A stretch of 64,000 bases of DNA from Terriglobia bacterium (GCA_963666975.2 CAXVYR010000003.1:736001-800000); one strand, 5' to 3'; positions 10,267 through 21,137 are shown, numbered from the stretch's first letter. Notes: generated by a model from the letters alone, not told the origin. Made by a program: numbers and translations.

Positions 10267-11133
10267 CTATGCCGACGTGTTCTTTGCGAAAAAGATCAGA
10301 TGCGCGCTCCCGATCTGAACTCCGTCTCCGCTGTTACAGACAACACCCTCTCTCGATGTTTCCTTTCCGTTTACCAGGACCGGAGCGTCTTCCACGGGGT
10401 ACAGAACAAACTCGGCTGATTCCTCTCGCTGCTCATAGACCACCCTGGCATGCATCGGTTCCACGGTCTTTTCATCGTCGAGAAAGATGCGCGCCCCCGC
10501 ATGTCTCCCGATTAGGGTGCAACAAGCTTGCAGCCGGAGGTAGCGAGGGATTCCCCGCATTTCTCTTACGGGAGCATGAATTTCGGTCAACAGAAAATGG
10601 GCGAACAACCCTTTCGGCAAGGGCACTTTTCTCAGCAGATCAAAGCGAAGTTCGGCTTCTTCCCTCTCGGGAATGCGGTCAGGAATGACGTCGGGAACAA
10701 CCGCACTGCCCGTCTCTTCTTCCGCTACTGCCGCTGCCGCCGAATCCTGGAGACTCTGCAAGCTGACGCCCTCGGGCTCAGGATGCCCGGCGGGCATGGA
10801 ATGTTCGGCGGGCTCTGGAACCACTGCGGGTGCGGGCTGCTGCATAGACTCCGCCGGCCAAACATCCAGATCACCGGATGCCTCCCCCAACGCAACCCCA
10901 GATTCCTGCACCCTGGATTCCTGTACAATGGATTCCTGCATAATGGATTCCCGCATAATGTCCGCCACCAGGTCCCCGGCCTGTTCCTTGACATGCTCGG
11001 CAGCTTGTTCCTCGGCACTTTCCTCTGGCTCGATAGAAGAAAGCTCGGCAAGGACCTTCTCGATCCATTCCTCCGGGTTGTCCATGGGGTCTTTTAGGGG
11101 AACATTCTCAGCGCCCATATATCTCTCCTTCAC
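10267..11133 (-). CDS. FHA-domain protein with acidic low-complexity N-terminus
   Basis: C-terminal LIGR...HARV...VLVNG...GDGVQIG; Glu/Ala-rich N-half; overlaps the upstream VWA gene. Confidence 0.65.
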   Translation of the reverse strand: MKERYMGAENVPLKDPMDNPEEWIEKVLAELSSIEPEESAEEQAAEHVKEQAGDLVADIMRESIMQESIVQESRVQESGVALGEASGDLDVWPAESMQQPAPAVVPEPAEHSMPAGHPEPEGVSLQSLQDSAAAAVAEEETGSAVVPDVIPDRIPEREEAELRFDLLRKVPLPKGLFAHFLLTEIHAPVREMRGIPRYLRLQACCTLIGRHAGARIFLDDEKTVEPMHARVVYEQREESAEFVLYPVEDAPVLVNGKETSREGVVCNSGDGVQIGSAHLIFFAKNTSA

Positions 11134-12758
11134 AGCGAGCTTCCCATGTTCGCTCTTTTGTCATAGTAGGCTAATGGAACTCCGCCCAAGGTAATCGTGT
11201 CCCCGTCTTCCAGCGGCACCACAGTATTGCAAATTGCGTCGTTCAGCTTGGTTCCCAGGTGGCTGCCCAAATCTTCCACCTGATACCTTCCTGTGGTTTT
11301 GTCCAAAAAGATTCGCGCGTGTCCGCTGGTTTTTTGGTCTGGACGATGGACTGTCGGATGCGACAGCAGGAGGTAAGTATTTCCCTTGCTGTAGGTTCTC
11401 TCGGAGTCATAGCGTGTAATGACCACGTCGGAATATTCTTTATTGTTCTTCGAATCCTTCAAAGCAAAGTAGAACGCCTCCGGCGTGAGGCCAATTTTCA
11501 AGCCTATCTCGCCCGGCGCCGGCTGCAACATGACGGTCATGGCGCTGTTGCCGTTCTTCCAGGGGCTGCCAATCGGATGAATCTCACCCTGAAACATGAC
11601 GCTGACGTGAGGTTCGTTCCCGGCAGAGGATGGAGAAGAAGAAGCTGCGGTTCGTGCCGGGCGGCGCACCGCGGCCACAATGCCGAGGATAATCGTAAAC
11701 CCCACAAGCATCAGCGTTGCAGGATGCACTGGGAACTCCTGCCACCAGGGCGGAGACTCATAGTTGGCGTGCAGAAAAGCCTTTTGCGCTTTTACCGTCA
11801 TTCCCTGGTAGCTGAGGCTCACCTCACTCTTATATTCCCCGGAGGATTGCGGGAAGTGAAATGCAACCGAATATTGATTTTGAAGCTGCTCCAGAACCGC
11901 ATTGTAGAGTTGCGGAAGATCCTCCGGTCGCGGGGTAAACAGAAAGCTGCCTCCGCTGATGTTAGCAATTCTTTTCAGGTAGTCCACCGGGGCATTGTCG
12001 CGGAAACCCAGCGTATACAGGGGCACCTGCCCTCCCCCGATCCTCCAAATCACGTCTTGCTCGGTTGTGGGACTCCCTTCGTCCTTGCCGTCGGTGAGAA
12101 GAACAACCGCGACTCGGGAGGTGGGCGCGCGGGAAGCTTTTTCCAGCGAATCACGAGTCGCTTGATAGAGCCAGGTATGCTGTTCATTGGCGGCCAGCTT
12201 TTCAATTTCCTCTCGTACGTCGGATTTGCTCCGGGTAAAGTCAGTCAGAAACCTCACCGAACTCCCAAAAGCCATCAAAGCCGTGAAATCTTCTTTTTCA
12301 AGCTGGTCCAAAAACCGGGCGGCAGCCCGTTTGGCTTCCTGGATCGGAATCCCCTTCATGCTGCCGCTGACATCGATGCCCACAATGACGGAGAGAGGCG
12401 TTTTAGCGCTCGACACAGGCCCGATCGAAAAGTCTTCTACCGCTTCCCCTTCCACCGATAGTCCGAAATTTGCCTTGCCCAGCCCCTTCACCGGAGCACC
12501 CCACTCATCGACAACAGAGAGCACCATCTGCACGTTGCCCCCCGCAGCGGACCTTGCATCCAGAATGTTCAACTCGACCGGGTTCTGCGCTTTTGCCGCA
12601 CCCTCCATCCAAAAGCAACCCAATGCCAGCAGCAGGAATGACAGAGTACAGCGGAGGATTTCTCCCCGCAACCGGCCGCACCTGTAAGATATCGCCTCGT
12701 CAACCCCACACGATTCGGTGGACAAATTCGCCTTCGGCAACCAAAGTTCCGTGTTCAT
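11130..12758 (-). CDS. Membrane protein: extracytoplasmic VWA domain, TM helix, cytoplasmic FHA domain
   Basis: Signal-like segment; MIDAS DVSGSM, LLTDG; TM LMLVGFTIILGIVAAV; HARI...EDLGSHLGTKLN...LEDGDTITLG. Confidence 0.8.
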   Translation of the reverse strand: MNTELWLPKANLSTESCGVDEAISYRCGRLRGEILRCTLSFLLLALGCFWMEGAAKAQNPVELNILDARSAAGGNVQMVLSVVDEWGAPVKGLGKANFGLSVEGEAVEDFSIGPVSSAKTPLSVIVGIDVSGSMKGIPIQEAKRAAARFLDQLEKEDFTALMAFGSSVRFLTDFTRSKSDVREEIEKLAANEQHTWLYQATRDSLEKASRAPTSRVAVVLLTDGKDEGSPTTEQDVIWRIGGGQVPLYTLGFRDNAPVDYLKRIANISGGSFLFTPRPEDLPQLYNAVLEQLQNQYSVAFHFPQSSGEYKSEVSLSYQGMTVKAQKAFLHANYESPPWWQEFPVHPATLMLVGFTIILGIVAAVRRPARTAASSSPSSAGNEPHVSVMFQGEIHPIGSPWKNGNSAMTVMLQPAPGEIGLKIGLTPEAFYFALKDSKNNKEYSDVVITRYDSERTYSKGNTYLLLSHPTVHRPDQKTSGHARIFLDKTTGRYQVEDLGSHLGTKLNDAICNTVVPLEDGDTITLGGVPLAYYDKRANMGSSL

Positions 12759-13658
12759 ATTAAGTACCCGTCACTTTCCTGCTCTGCTTTTTCACCGGAG
12801 CCGCCCAGACCGCATGCTTGGTGATGAAGCAAAATATCCTGAAGCTGTTCTGTTTCAGAGCAAATAATCGTAAATCTCTTCCCGACGCGCCCTCTGCGCC
12901 CCCCCAGCTTTCTTTACCCGTCCCAAGTTACTAGCCTTCGCCCTCTTGCGAAAATAGAACTTTGGCCTCAAATTTCGCATAGGACGATAGTACTGTCAGG
13001 AGGTTATTGGAGGTACTATCGCTCCAGCACATCTTCTCCCTGGATAGGGCGATCCAGGGAAAATATCCGTTAAAGCTCACCAGACAGGCAGAAGGAATCA
13101 TGCACAGTTCCTCTGTCACAAGAGAAAAACTCTTTGCTGCCGGAGTCGGCGGAAAAGTAAGCCGATATATTAGCTATAAGAAGTTAAATAGCTAAAGAAA
13201 AAGAAGTTAAATTGACAGGAAATATGGCGCTGGGCCGGTTTAGAGGTATCCATCTGCTATCTGCCACGCGATGCACGACAACCGGTTTTATGATCCTCTG
13301 GAGTCTTTAGAAAACAGCTTCCCGGTCAGAGATTTGGCTTTTCCGGCCAATGGCACAATCGAAAGCGATTGCTCCATCGTCGCCTTGGAATTCTTCACCA
13401 GCATTAGCGCACAAAACAACATGATGTAGGAGACCTGCTCATCCGTGCCCATGATTACCTCCGCCTCAATGTGTCGATGTCCCCAAGCAATTCCTTGCGA
13501 ACGGGTTATACTGAAACAGGTAGTTAAGCAATCGAGTAACCGAAACTGCACATCTCGCAAGCTATTAAAAATGAAGCGGGTTACGTAAAGACTTGTTGTG
13601 CTGGAATCGAAAGAAGGTAAAGTTTTCCCCATTTTGCCTCAATTTTAGAAATCTTTAG

Positions 13659-13694
13659 TAGGTAAATTCTTACTCCGTATAGGTAAATTCTTAC
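13659..13694. promoter_or_regulatory. Perfect 15-bp direct repeat TAGGTAAATTCTTAC x2 (21-bp period), candidate transcription-factor site
   Basis: 13659-13673 and 13680-13694 in an AT-rich divergent intergenic region ~290 bp upstream of the hybrid kinase. Confidence 0.45.
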
Positions 13695-13979
13695 CCCGCA
13701 GCGGCGAAGTGGGTTTGGATTGAGGTTGGGAAGGAGCATTGAGCGAGCTCATCTAGCTTCCTTTCCGCCACAAAATCTTAACAGCTCTCCCACCAACCAC
13801 TTGGCCTTGCCGACAAGGAGTACACGCTTTACTGGCCGTTCCCGAATAGCCATGGAATTTTCCACCAACCTCAGAGCACAAAGCAAAAGGTATCTTTAGT
13901 AAGACTGCTCCGCGACAGCGCAACCGCTTGCAAAGGCACCGTTTCAACTCTATAATTAGGACCGTTTCCGGCCACGCCA

Positions 13980-15908
13980 ATGAAGGAATTCGGCTCCAAC
14001 CTAAAACGGCGCATTTGGCAGCCTTTTCTTTTCATCATCTTGGCAGCCTTGGCTGCCGCTGTATTCTTCACTATTTTCCCCAGACCAAGCCCTGTTGTTT
14101 TGTGGTCGCATACCGCGCTACTCATCCTGCTAGTACTCACCGTGGGATGGCGGTTGGTACGGCGCATTGTCAAAGCGGGACAGGAACTGGCCAAAGCGGC
14201 CGAGCAGCTATCCCCGGGCACCTTAGATAAGGCCTCCGAACAATCGGGTGAGATCACGGCCTTGGTTCACACCGTGAATACGATGGCCAGCCAACTGCGG
14301 CAAAAGGAACAAACCTGGATCGGGGACTTGGAACAGCGCACTCAGGCCGTACAGGAGATGTCAAAAACCCTGCAGGAGCAGGCCACCAGTTTCGAGACCG
14401 CTCTCAACTCGGTGGATTTAGCGGTCTGCCTGTTTGATTCCAACGGCAATATCTTGCAGGTGAACCAACGATTCTGCGGTTTTTTGGGAACAGAACAGGC
14501 AAAGCTGAAATCCATGGACTTGTTACAAGTCGCCTCGGAATTGCAGAACTTTGTCTCCGCTCCCGACGAGCTGGCGGAGGTTGCCGAGGCAATCTTCCGG
14601 GAGCCTTCGGCCCCCCGTGACACGAATGTTGCCATGAAGGACCGCTCCGGAAACCTCCGAATTTACTGTGTGCCGATCTTTGGGGAGATGAGCAGCCTCG
14701 TGGGCATCGTGATTTCTCCCGGAGAGGGCGCAGACTCCTCCGCTATGGACCGCTTGAAGACCGAATTCATCTCCACCGTCTCTCACGAATTGCGGACGCC
14801 GCTGACGGCTATCAAGGGCGCTCTGGGGCTGGTGCTGGGAGGGGCAGGAGGCCCGGTATCGGCGCGGATTCGGGAATTGCTGGAGATTGCCAGCAACAAT
14901 ACCGACCGGCTGATCCGGCTGGTAAATGACATTTTGGAAGTTTTCCGCATGGAAACCGGCAAGCTGAAATTGCGGCCGGAAATTGTCGACGTTTCCGAGA
15001 TGGTCAGCCAAGCTTGCGGAAAGGTCAAACAGGAAGCCGCGGCGGCAGGGATTCTTTTGGAAGTTCATGTCGCACCGGACATGATGCCGGCCCTGGTGGA
15101 TGCGGAACAGGTGCAAATGGTCCTGGAGAACCTGCTTTCCAACGCCATCAAGTTTTCCAGCCGGGGAGGTGTCGTGCGGATTGCGGCCGAGCCGATGCAG
15201 GCAAATCCCAAATTTATGACTCTTTCCGTGCAGGATTTCGGGGCAGGAATCCCCATGGAAGCCCAGCGGCGGATATTTAAAAAGTTTGAACAGGCCGAAA
15301 GCGTAATGACGCGGCAGCATCAGGGCCCGGGGCTGGGGCTGGCCATTTGCCGGGGAATCGTGGAAGGACACGGCGGGCGCATTTGGGTAAATAGCGAACC
15401 CGGCAAAGGGAGCACCTTTTTCATCACCCTGCCGCTGGCCCAATCACAGACCATGCGCAAACCCGCCCCCGCCGCAGCACCTGCCTCCCCGCCTCAGCCG
15501 GGGGTGCACCACTTGGTTATGGTTGTCGATGATGACACCGACACCCGCAATGTTATTTCCCGGATGTTGCAATCGCAGGGACATTTCGTGCTGGAGGTGG
15601 GCAACGGCTTGGAGGCGGCCGATTTGGCGGCCCGCCACCGCCCGGAAGTCATCACCCTGGACCTTATTATGCCGGAGATTGATGGGTTGGAGGTTTTGCG
15701 GACACTCAAAGCAAACTCGCAGACGCGTCAAATTCCGGTCATCTGTGTCTCGATTTCCGATGAACTTTCTGCCCAGGCGCTCCAAACGGGGGCGGTCCAG
15801 TTCATTCGGAAACCACTGGAACCCGCTACGCTTTTGAGCGCTATCAACGCAGTCTGTAGCACCGGTTCCGGCTCAACCGGGTCAGGCTCACCAGCCGCTG
15901 CAGGATAA
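13980..15908 (+). CDS. Hybrid sensor histidine kinase (2TM-HAMP-PAS-HisKA-HATPase-REC)
   Basis: SHELRTPL H-box, NLLSNAIKF, GLGLAIC, C-terminal VVDDD...LDLIMP...KP. Confidence 0.93.
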   Translation: MKEFGSNLKRRIWQPFLFIILAALAAAVFFTIFPRPSPVVLWSHTALLILLVLTVGWRLVRRIVKAGQELAKAAEQLSPGTLDKASEQSGEITALVHTVNTMASQLRQKEQTWIGDLEQRTQAVQEMSKTLQEQATSFETALNSVDLAVCLFDSNGNILQVNQRFCGFLGTEQAKLKSMDLLQVASELQNFVSAPDELAEVAEAIFREPSAPRDTNVAMKDRSGNLRIYCVPIFGEMSSLVGIVISPGEGADSSAMDRLKTEFISTVSHELRTPLTAIKGALGLVLGGAGGPVSARIRELLEIASNNTDRLIRLVNDILEVFRMETGKLKLRPEIVDVSEMVSQACGKVKQEAAAAGILLEVHVAPDMMPALVDAEQVQMVLENLLSNAIKFSSRGGVVRIAAEPMQANPKFMTLSVQDFGAGIPMEAQRRIFKKFEQAESVMTRQHQGPGLGLAICRGIVEGHGGRIWVNSEPGKGSTFFITLPLAQSQTMRKPAPAAAPASPPQPGVHHLVMVVDDDTDTRNVISRMLQSQGHFVLEVGNGLEAADLAARHRPEVITLDLIMPEIDGLEVLRTLKANSQTRQIPVICVSISDELSAQALQTGAVQFIRKPLEPATLLSAINAVCSTGSGSTGSGSPAAAG

Positions 15909-15913
15909 AATTT

Positions 15914-16306
15914 ATGGTAATTCGCAAAGTTTTGCTGGCCGAAGATGATGAGGACATTCAAAAGGTAGCTCAGATCAGCCTCCAGTTTCGGGGAGGCTGG
16001 GAAGTGGAGCTGGCTACGAACGGCGAGGAGTGTATAGCCAAGGCACTCCAGAATCGTCCCGATCTGATCCTGCTCGACTGTATGATGCCCCAAATGGACG
16101 GTTATGAGGCTTGCCGCAGGCTCAAGCAAGACCCCTCGCTGAGGGATATCCCGGTGATCTTTCTGACGGCCAAGTCGCAGGAACGAGAAGTCAAAAAAGG
16201 CCTTTCGCTGGGCGCGATCGGCTACCTGATCAAACCCTTCAACCCCATGACCCTGGCCGAAGAAATCCGGCAGATTCTCGGAGTGGAAGAAGAGACCTCT
16301 TCATGA
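15914..16306 (+). CDS. Single-domain response regulator
   Basis: LAEDD, LLDCMMPQMDG, FLTAK, KPF. Confidence 0.93.
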   Translation: MVIRKVLLAEDDEDIQKVAQISLQFRGGWEVELATNGEECIAKALQNRPDLILLDCMMPQMDGYEACRRLKQDPSLRDIPVIFLTAKSQEREVKKGLSLGAIGYLIKPFNPMTLAEEIRQILGVEEETSS

Positions 16307-17430
16307 AGAAACCACCCCAAAAAAAACCGCCCCGGAAGATGCCCTCGCGACGCGCCCCGGCCACGGCGCCAAAACTTCCCGTGGACCCGGCCAGCATTCT
16401 CGAAGGTTTGCCGGATGGCGTTCTGGTGACCGACAGCGACTGGCAGATTTGCTATGCGAATCGGGCTTTGCTGCACGCCGTGAAATGTTCTGAAAAGGAC
16501 CTATTAGGGACACCCCTCCGCCTGCTTCCAGGCAAAACCGGCCTTGGAGATTCTTCGAGCGACCTGTTCCACTATCTAGCCCATTTGACGTCCTCCCCTC
16601 CGGAGCAAACGGAAGTAAAGACGGTCAGCGTACAAACACCCGCGCGGAAATATTTCCGCATCACCACCCAACCCTACCGCCCAACGCATTCCAAAACGGA
16701 CGGCTATATCCTCACGTTTGCCGACGCCACCCGCGAAGGAGAGATCGATGAGATGAAGAGCGAATTCATCGCCGTGGCCTCTCACGAACTGCGCACCCCC
16801 ATGACCTCCATCAAGGGTTCCCTGGAGCTTCTGCTGGGAGGGTACGCGGGCGCGATGCCTGAGGATGCGAACGAATTACTGGGGATATCCCTCACAGCCG
16901 TGGACCGGCTGATCCGGCTGGTCAACGATATGCTGGACATCGCCAAGATTGAATCCGGAAAGATGGAATTTCACCTGGCGCATCTGAATGTGACCGAGTG
17001 CATAGAGAAGTCCATGCGCAGCATCCGCTCTCTGGCAGAAGCGCACCATGTCTCCTTTCAGATTGAGCAGCCGGAGAATATCCCGGCCGTGTTTGCCGAC
17101 CGCGACCGTCTGGAGCAGATCATCACGAATCTGCTTTCCAACGCTCTAAAGTATTCCCCCGCCAACAGCGTCGTACACATTCGCACTAGCAGCCGGAATG
17201 ACACCGTCCGTGTTTCTGTAACTGACCAAGGTCCCGGAGTTCCCCCCAGCAAAATTCACAAGGTGTTTGACCGGTTTCAACAGTTGGAGGGAGCCAAAAA
17301 AGGCACCGGCCTGGGGCTCGCCATCTGCCGGGCACTCGTGGAACAGCAGCGAGGCAAGATCTGGGTGGAAAGCGTACCCGGCCAAGGAGCTGAATTCCAC
17401 TTTGAACTCCCCGCCGCTCCGGCTGACTAG
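16303..17430 (+). CDS. PAS-domain histidine kinase (cytoplasmic)
   Basis: ATG overlapping the RR stop; PAS, SHELRTPM, NLLSNALKY, GTGLGLAIC. Confidence 0.9.
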   Translation: MKKPPQKKPPRKMPSRRAPATAPKLPVDPASILEGLPDGVLVTDSDWQICYANRALLHAVKCSEKDLLGTPLRLLPGKTGLGDSSSDLFHYLAHLTSSPPEQTEVKTVSVQTPARKYFRITTQPYRPTHSKTDGYILTFADATREGEIDEMKSEFIAVASHELRTPMTSIKGSLELLLGGYAGAMPEDANELLGISLTAVDRLIRLVNDMLDIAKIESGKMEFHLAHLNVTECIEKSMRSIRSLAEAHHVSFQIEQPENIPAVFADRDRLEQIITNLLSNALKYSPANSVVHIRTSSRNDTVRVSVTDQGPGVPPSKIHKVFDRFQQLEGAKKGTGLGLAICRALVEQQRGKIWVESVPGQGAEFHFELPAAPAD

Positions 17431-17588
17431 AGCATTTCACCAATTGGTGTAGTCTGGATGATCTTCGGTAGCCACGGCGAATTGTTTTTTCGCCGTGGGC
17501 TTTTCATTGGCCCTCAACGACCCACGACGAGAAAGCGCTCGTCGTGGCTACCACTGCCCGATATACACGAACGAGAGAAATGCTCTAG
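17427..17588. mobile_element. MITE with 12-bp perfect terminal inverted repeats (IS630-like ends)
   Basis: CTAGAGCATTTC ... GAAATGCTCTAG; internal hairpins; left end overlaps the kinase TAG stop; related element at 55061-55287. Confidence 0.65.
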
Positions 17589-17681
17589 CGTTCCTGATCC
17601 TGCCTGAATCCCAAACTAGGGTGTCCCATTGATAACCGGCCAGAGGGCTGGCGGGGAAAAAGTGAAGATACCGCCGGCAGG

Positions 17682-18494
17682 CTAACCGGCTGCCAGAACG
17701 CGGAGGATAGTGCCCAGCTTGGGGTCGTTGCTCCGTTTTCCGCACAGAACCGAGCGTCGATGTTTCAAGTCAAGCACCACAATGTTGACGTGGCTGCTTC
17801 GGGAGGAATTTTCCTTCCGGTTACAATAGGCGCGGCACATTTTCAGCGCGTTCTCTCCATCGATGAGCGAATGGAACGCCAGAACAAAAACGAACGAGCT
17901 GCCTTTCCAGCCCGAACGGTGCTTGCTGATCAGGGCTTGCAACTGCACCAGAGCTTCTCGCGCCTTGCCGGGGCTGAGTGTCGGGCAAAGACGCAAACTG
18001 ACCCAGTAGTTCCTGCCCCACGTTTTCCCCAGGTAACTCCATAGCCAGTCTTTTTCCCGCTCCTCCCGCAGATTCAAGGCCTCCCCTTGCTGGCCAACTG
18101 CGACCTTCAATTTTTGCAGAAAATCCTGGGCCACCGTTTTATCTAAGTCGGGGTTGGAAGCAGCTGCGCGAACATTCGTCACCGGGGCAGAGGTCATCGT
18201 TTCCCAAGCCGCCGGGGTCATCGGACTCTGATCCTGCGAAGGTTTTTTTTCTGCTGCTGTCCTCTGGCGGTCGTGATCGGCTCTTCGCTTGCTGTCGGAG
18301 AGGACAGCAACAGCCTCGTTGATCTCGACCATCCGCTGGTAGGCTAAATCGGCATCATCTTCCGGCTGAAGGCGGTCCGGATGGTAGCGTTGGACCAGGG
18401 AGCGGTAGGCTTTCTTAATTACGTCCTGGGTGGCGTCGGGAGACACACCCAGCATGGCATAGTAGTCTTTGACTGCCGGATTACGAGACCCCAT
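17682..18494 (-). CDS. DnaJ (J-domain) protein with unknown C-terminal domain
   Basis: KDYYAMLGV, YHPD, EINEA; overlaps the 3' end of the PilB-like gene. Confidence 0.85.
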   Translation of the reverse strand: MGSRNPAVKDYYAMLGVSPDATQDVIKKAYRSLVQRYHPDRLQPEDDADLAYQRMVEINEAVAVLSDSKRRADHDRQRTAAEKKPSQDQSPMTPAAWETMTSAPVTNVRAAASNPDLDKTVAQDFLQKLKVAVGQQGEALNLREEREKDWLWSYLGKTWGRNYWVSLRLCPTLSPGKAREALVQLQALISKHRSGWKGSSFVFVLAFHSLIDGENALKMCRAYCNRKENSSRSSHVNIVVLDLKHRRSVLCGKRSNDPKLGTILRVLAAG

Positions 18495-20940
18495 AGGTGC
18501 GGCGCAACAACCGTGTTAACCGAGCGTTGAGTTCGGCGACGTTGAAGGGTTTGGAGACGTAATCATCCGTTCCCACCATGTAGCCCCGGATTCTCCCCTC
18601 TTCACTTGGGCTGGCCGTCAGCATCATGATGGGAATAAACGCCGTCGCTACCTGAGACCGCAGCTTCTCGCAGACTTCAAATCCATCCATCCCGGGCATC
18701 ATGATGTCCAGAATAATCAAGTCGGGTTGCATCGTCCCGGCCCGTTCCACGCCTTCGGCTCCATTGGCGGCAAGCTCTGTTTCAATTGCAAAAGGTAATT
18801 GTTCGAGGGATTTTTCCAGGATGGTCCGAATGGACGGGTCGTCGTCGACGATCAGAATTTTGGGCTTCTTCGAGGGGGCCTCTTCCTCGCCTGATTTGCC
18901 CGCTGCAGCCTGGCCAGCCCCACCCGGGACCGATGCCCTGCGGTCGGGAGTTTTTCTCGGCGCCGCCCGCCGGTCGAGGGTATTCCGCTGATTGGGGAGA
19001 GAGGTGACGCCCACTTCCTTTGCGGCTGTCTCAGCCTGCTCGGGCAGCATCCGCATGGGTTCTACCGTTTCCTCCGTGACCGGAGACTTGCAATAAGGAC
19101 AAACCTTCCAGCCTCTCTTCAATTGCTGGTTGCAGGTCTGACACAGCAGCTTCAAAGAAGTCAGGCAATTGGGACAAATAGCAAATTCCGCCTCAATAAA
19201 CGCTTTACAACTGGGACAACGGTTGCGGAAACTCGCCTCCTCTTCCTCAAACTGCAACACACGGAACAATTCGCTGAGAGCGGTCTTCCCGTTCCGGATA
19301 TTTTCCAGGCCTCGGTCCAGAAGGAACCGCATCCCTTGCTGGCGCATCGCCGCTTCGATCTCGAAATCGGAAGCTTTGCGGATAACCATCTCGCGGAGCA
19401 CGTTCGTCATCGGCAGCATCTCGTAAATTGCCCAGCGGCCGGTGAACCCGGTGCCCGAGCACTTAGAACACCCTACCGCTTTGTAGTAAGTCCCCTCGGA
19501 TCGGTCCGCGCCCAGCTTTTTGAGCAATCCCTCCGGAGGATCATAAGCCTCTTTGCAATCGTCGCAGAGTTTTCGGAGCAGACGCTGGGCGATGATCAGC
19601 GAGATTGAGGAAGTCAGCAGAATAGGGTCCACGCCCAGGTCCATCAACCGGCTCAAGGTGGCGGTGGCGCTGTTGGTATGCAGGGTGGAGAGGACCAAGT
19701 GGCCCGTCATGGCGGCATGGAAGCCAATATCGGTCGTCTCCGCATCGCGCATCTCGCCGACCAGAATCACATCCGGGTCCTGGCGGAGGATCGAGCGCAG
19801 TGAGTGAGCAAACGTCAGCCCCGCCTTCAGGTTCACCTGGACTTGGTTGATGCCGGCCATTTGATATTCAATCGGATCCTCTACGGTCACGATGTTCAGG
19901 TCTGGGCTCTTCCGCATGGCCAGGCAGGCATAGAGGGTAGTGCTCTTCCCGCTTCCGGTCGGTCCGGTAACGAGGATCAATCCCTGAGGTTGCATTACGG
20001 AGCGCATCAGAATATGCAGATCGTCATCTTCTAATCCCAATTGCTCCACCGTCGGCAGGTCAGTGCCCGAGGAAAGGACCCTCATAACCACTTTTTCCCC
20101 GAAGTGCGTGGGCAGGGTCGAGACACGAAGGTCGTAGGATTTGCCGACCCGCTGCACCTTCAGGCGCCCGTCCTGCGGCATGCGTCGCTCGCTGATATCC
20201 AGCCGGGCCAGAATTTTCACCCGCGAGCAGATGGGGTTCGCCAGCCATTTCGGCAACTGCATCAACGGCCGCAACACGCCGTCAATGCGAAGGCGCACCT
20301 GCACGTCATTCAACGTCGGCTCGATGTGGATATCGGTGCCGCGCTGCGCGATCCCGTCCTGGATAATCAGATTGACCACCTTGATCACAGGCGCCATCTC
20401 AGCTTGGCTGCGGCTGTCGGAGAGGTCCACATCGGCATCGTCGCCCTCGCCGCCGGTGACGATTTGAAACTCTTTGGCGTCTTCCAGGTTATCCGTGAAG
20501 GCCCGCAAAGCGTCGTCGGGTTCGTAGTATTTCTCGATGGCGTCCAGAACCTCTGTCTTCGTGCACACCACCACCTTCAGCGGTTTGCCGACGCTGAATT
20601 CGATATCCTGCATGGCGCGGTAATCGGTGGGGTTCGCCATCGCCAGCAGCAGGTGGCGGCCTTCCTGGCGGATGGGGATGCAGATGTATTTCCGGGCCGT
20701 CTCTTGCGGGAGCATTTTCACCGCTTCGGGATCGACGTTGGCCGTCGCCAGGTTGACGCGGGGGAAGCGCGCATAGGCAGCCAGAGAATCGGCCAGCCCC
20801 TCTTCGCTGACCCGCTCATCGGCCAGAATGGACTCGATCAGGGATTTATTCTCCGTCGAGCATTTGACAATGGCATTCTTGAGTTCCTCGTGTGTTACCC
20901 CTCCCGCTTGAACCAAGTGCTGCTTCGTCTTTTCGGCCAT
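18481..20940 (-). CDS. PilB/GspE-family ATPase with C-terminal double zinc ribbon and receiver domain
   Basis: GPTGSGKSTT, TVEDPIEY, LRQDPD, GHLVLSTLH, CDDC/CSKC; CPSC..CPNC..CQTC..CPYC; VDDD...LDIMMP...KPF. Confidence 0.9.
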   Translation of the reverse strand: MAEKTKQHLVQAGGVTHEELKNAIVKCSTENKSLIESILADERVSEEGLADSLAAYARFPRVNLATANVDPEAVKMLPQETARKYICIPIRQEGRHLLLAMANPTDYRAMQDIEFSVGKPLKVVVCTKTEVLDAIEKYYEPDDALRAFTDNLEDAKEFQIVTGGEGDDADVDLSDSRSQAEMAPVIKVVNLIIQDGIAQRGTDIHIEPTLNDVQVRLRIDGVLRPLMQLPKWLANPICSRVKILARLDISERRMPQDGRLKVQRVGKSYDLRVSTLPTHFGEKVVMRVLSSGTDLPTVEQLGLEDDDLHILMRSVMQPQGLILVTGPTGSGKSTTLYACLAMRKSPDLNIVTVEDPIEYQMAGINQVQVNLKAGLTFAHSLRSILRQDPDVILVGEMRDAETTDIGFHAAMTGHLVLSTLHTNSATATLSRLMDLGVDPILLTSSISLIIAQRLLRKLCDDCKEAYDPPEGLLKKLGADRSEGTYYKAVGCSKCSGTGFTGRWAIYEMLPMTNVLREMVIRKASDFEIEAAMRQQGMRFLLDRGLENIRNGKTALSELFRVLQFEEEEASFRNRCPSCKAFIEAEFAICPNCLTSLKLLCQTCNQQLKRGWKVCPYCKSPVTEETVEPMRMLPEQAETAAKEVGVTSLPNQRNTLDRRAAPRKTPDRRASVPGGAGQAAAGKSGEEEAPSKKPKILIVDDDPSIRTILEKSLEQLPFAIETELAANGAEGVERAGTMQPDLIILDIMMPGMDGFEVCEKLRSQVATAFIPIMMLTASPSEEGRIRGYMVGTDDYVSKPFNVAELNARLTRLLRRTYGVS

Positions 20941-21137
20941 AAAATATGCGCCCTCAGAGTTCTACAGACATCCCTTCTTGGGCCACGAAGCAGGAGTACG
21001 GATAATTCCGCTCCGCAATGGTCTTCTGGCAAAATTCCAGGATATGGTCCATGAATGCGTCGTCATGGGATGGGTCATGGTGGAAGATGGCCATGCGGCC
21101 GACCTCGGCCTGTGCGGCCCGCTCCAAAGCATCTAAA

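Noticed and set aside
10905-10960. Short 15-bp tandem repeats (encoding MRES-IMQES-IVQES-RVQES)
   Set aside because: Low-complexity coding repeat in the disordered region of the FHA protein.
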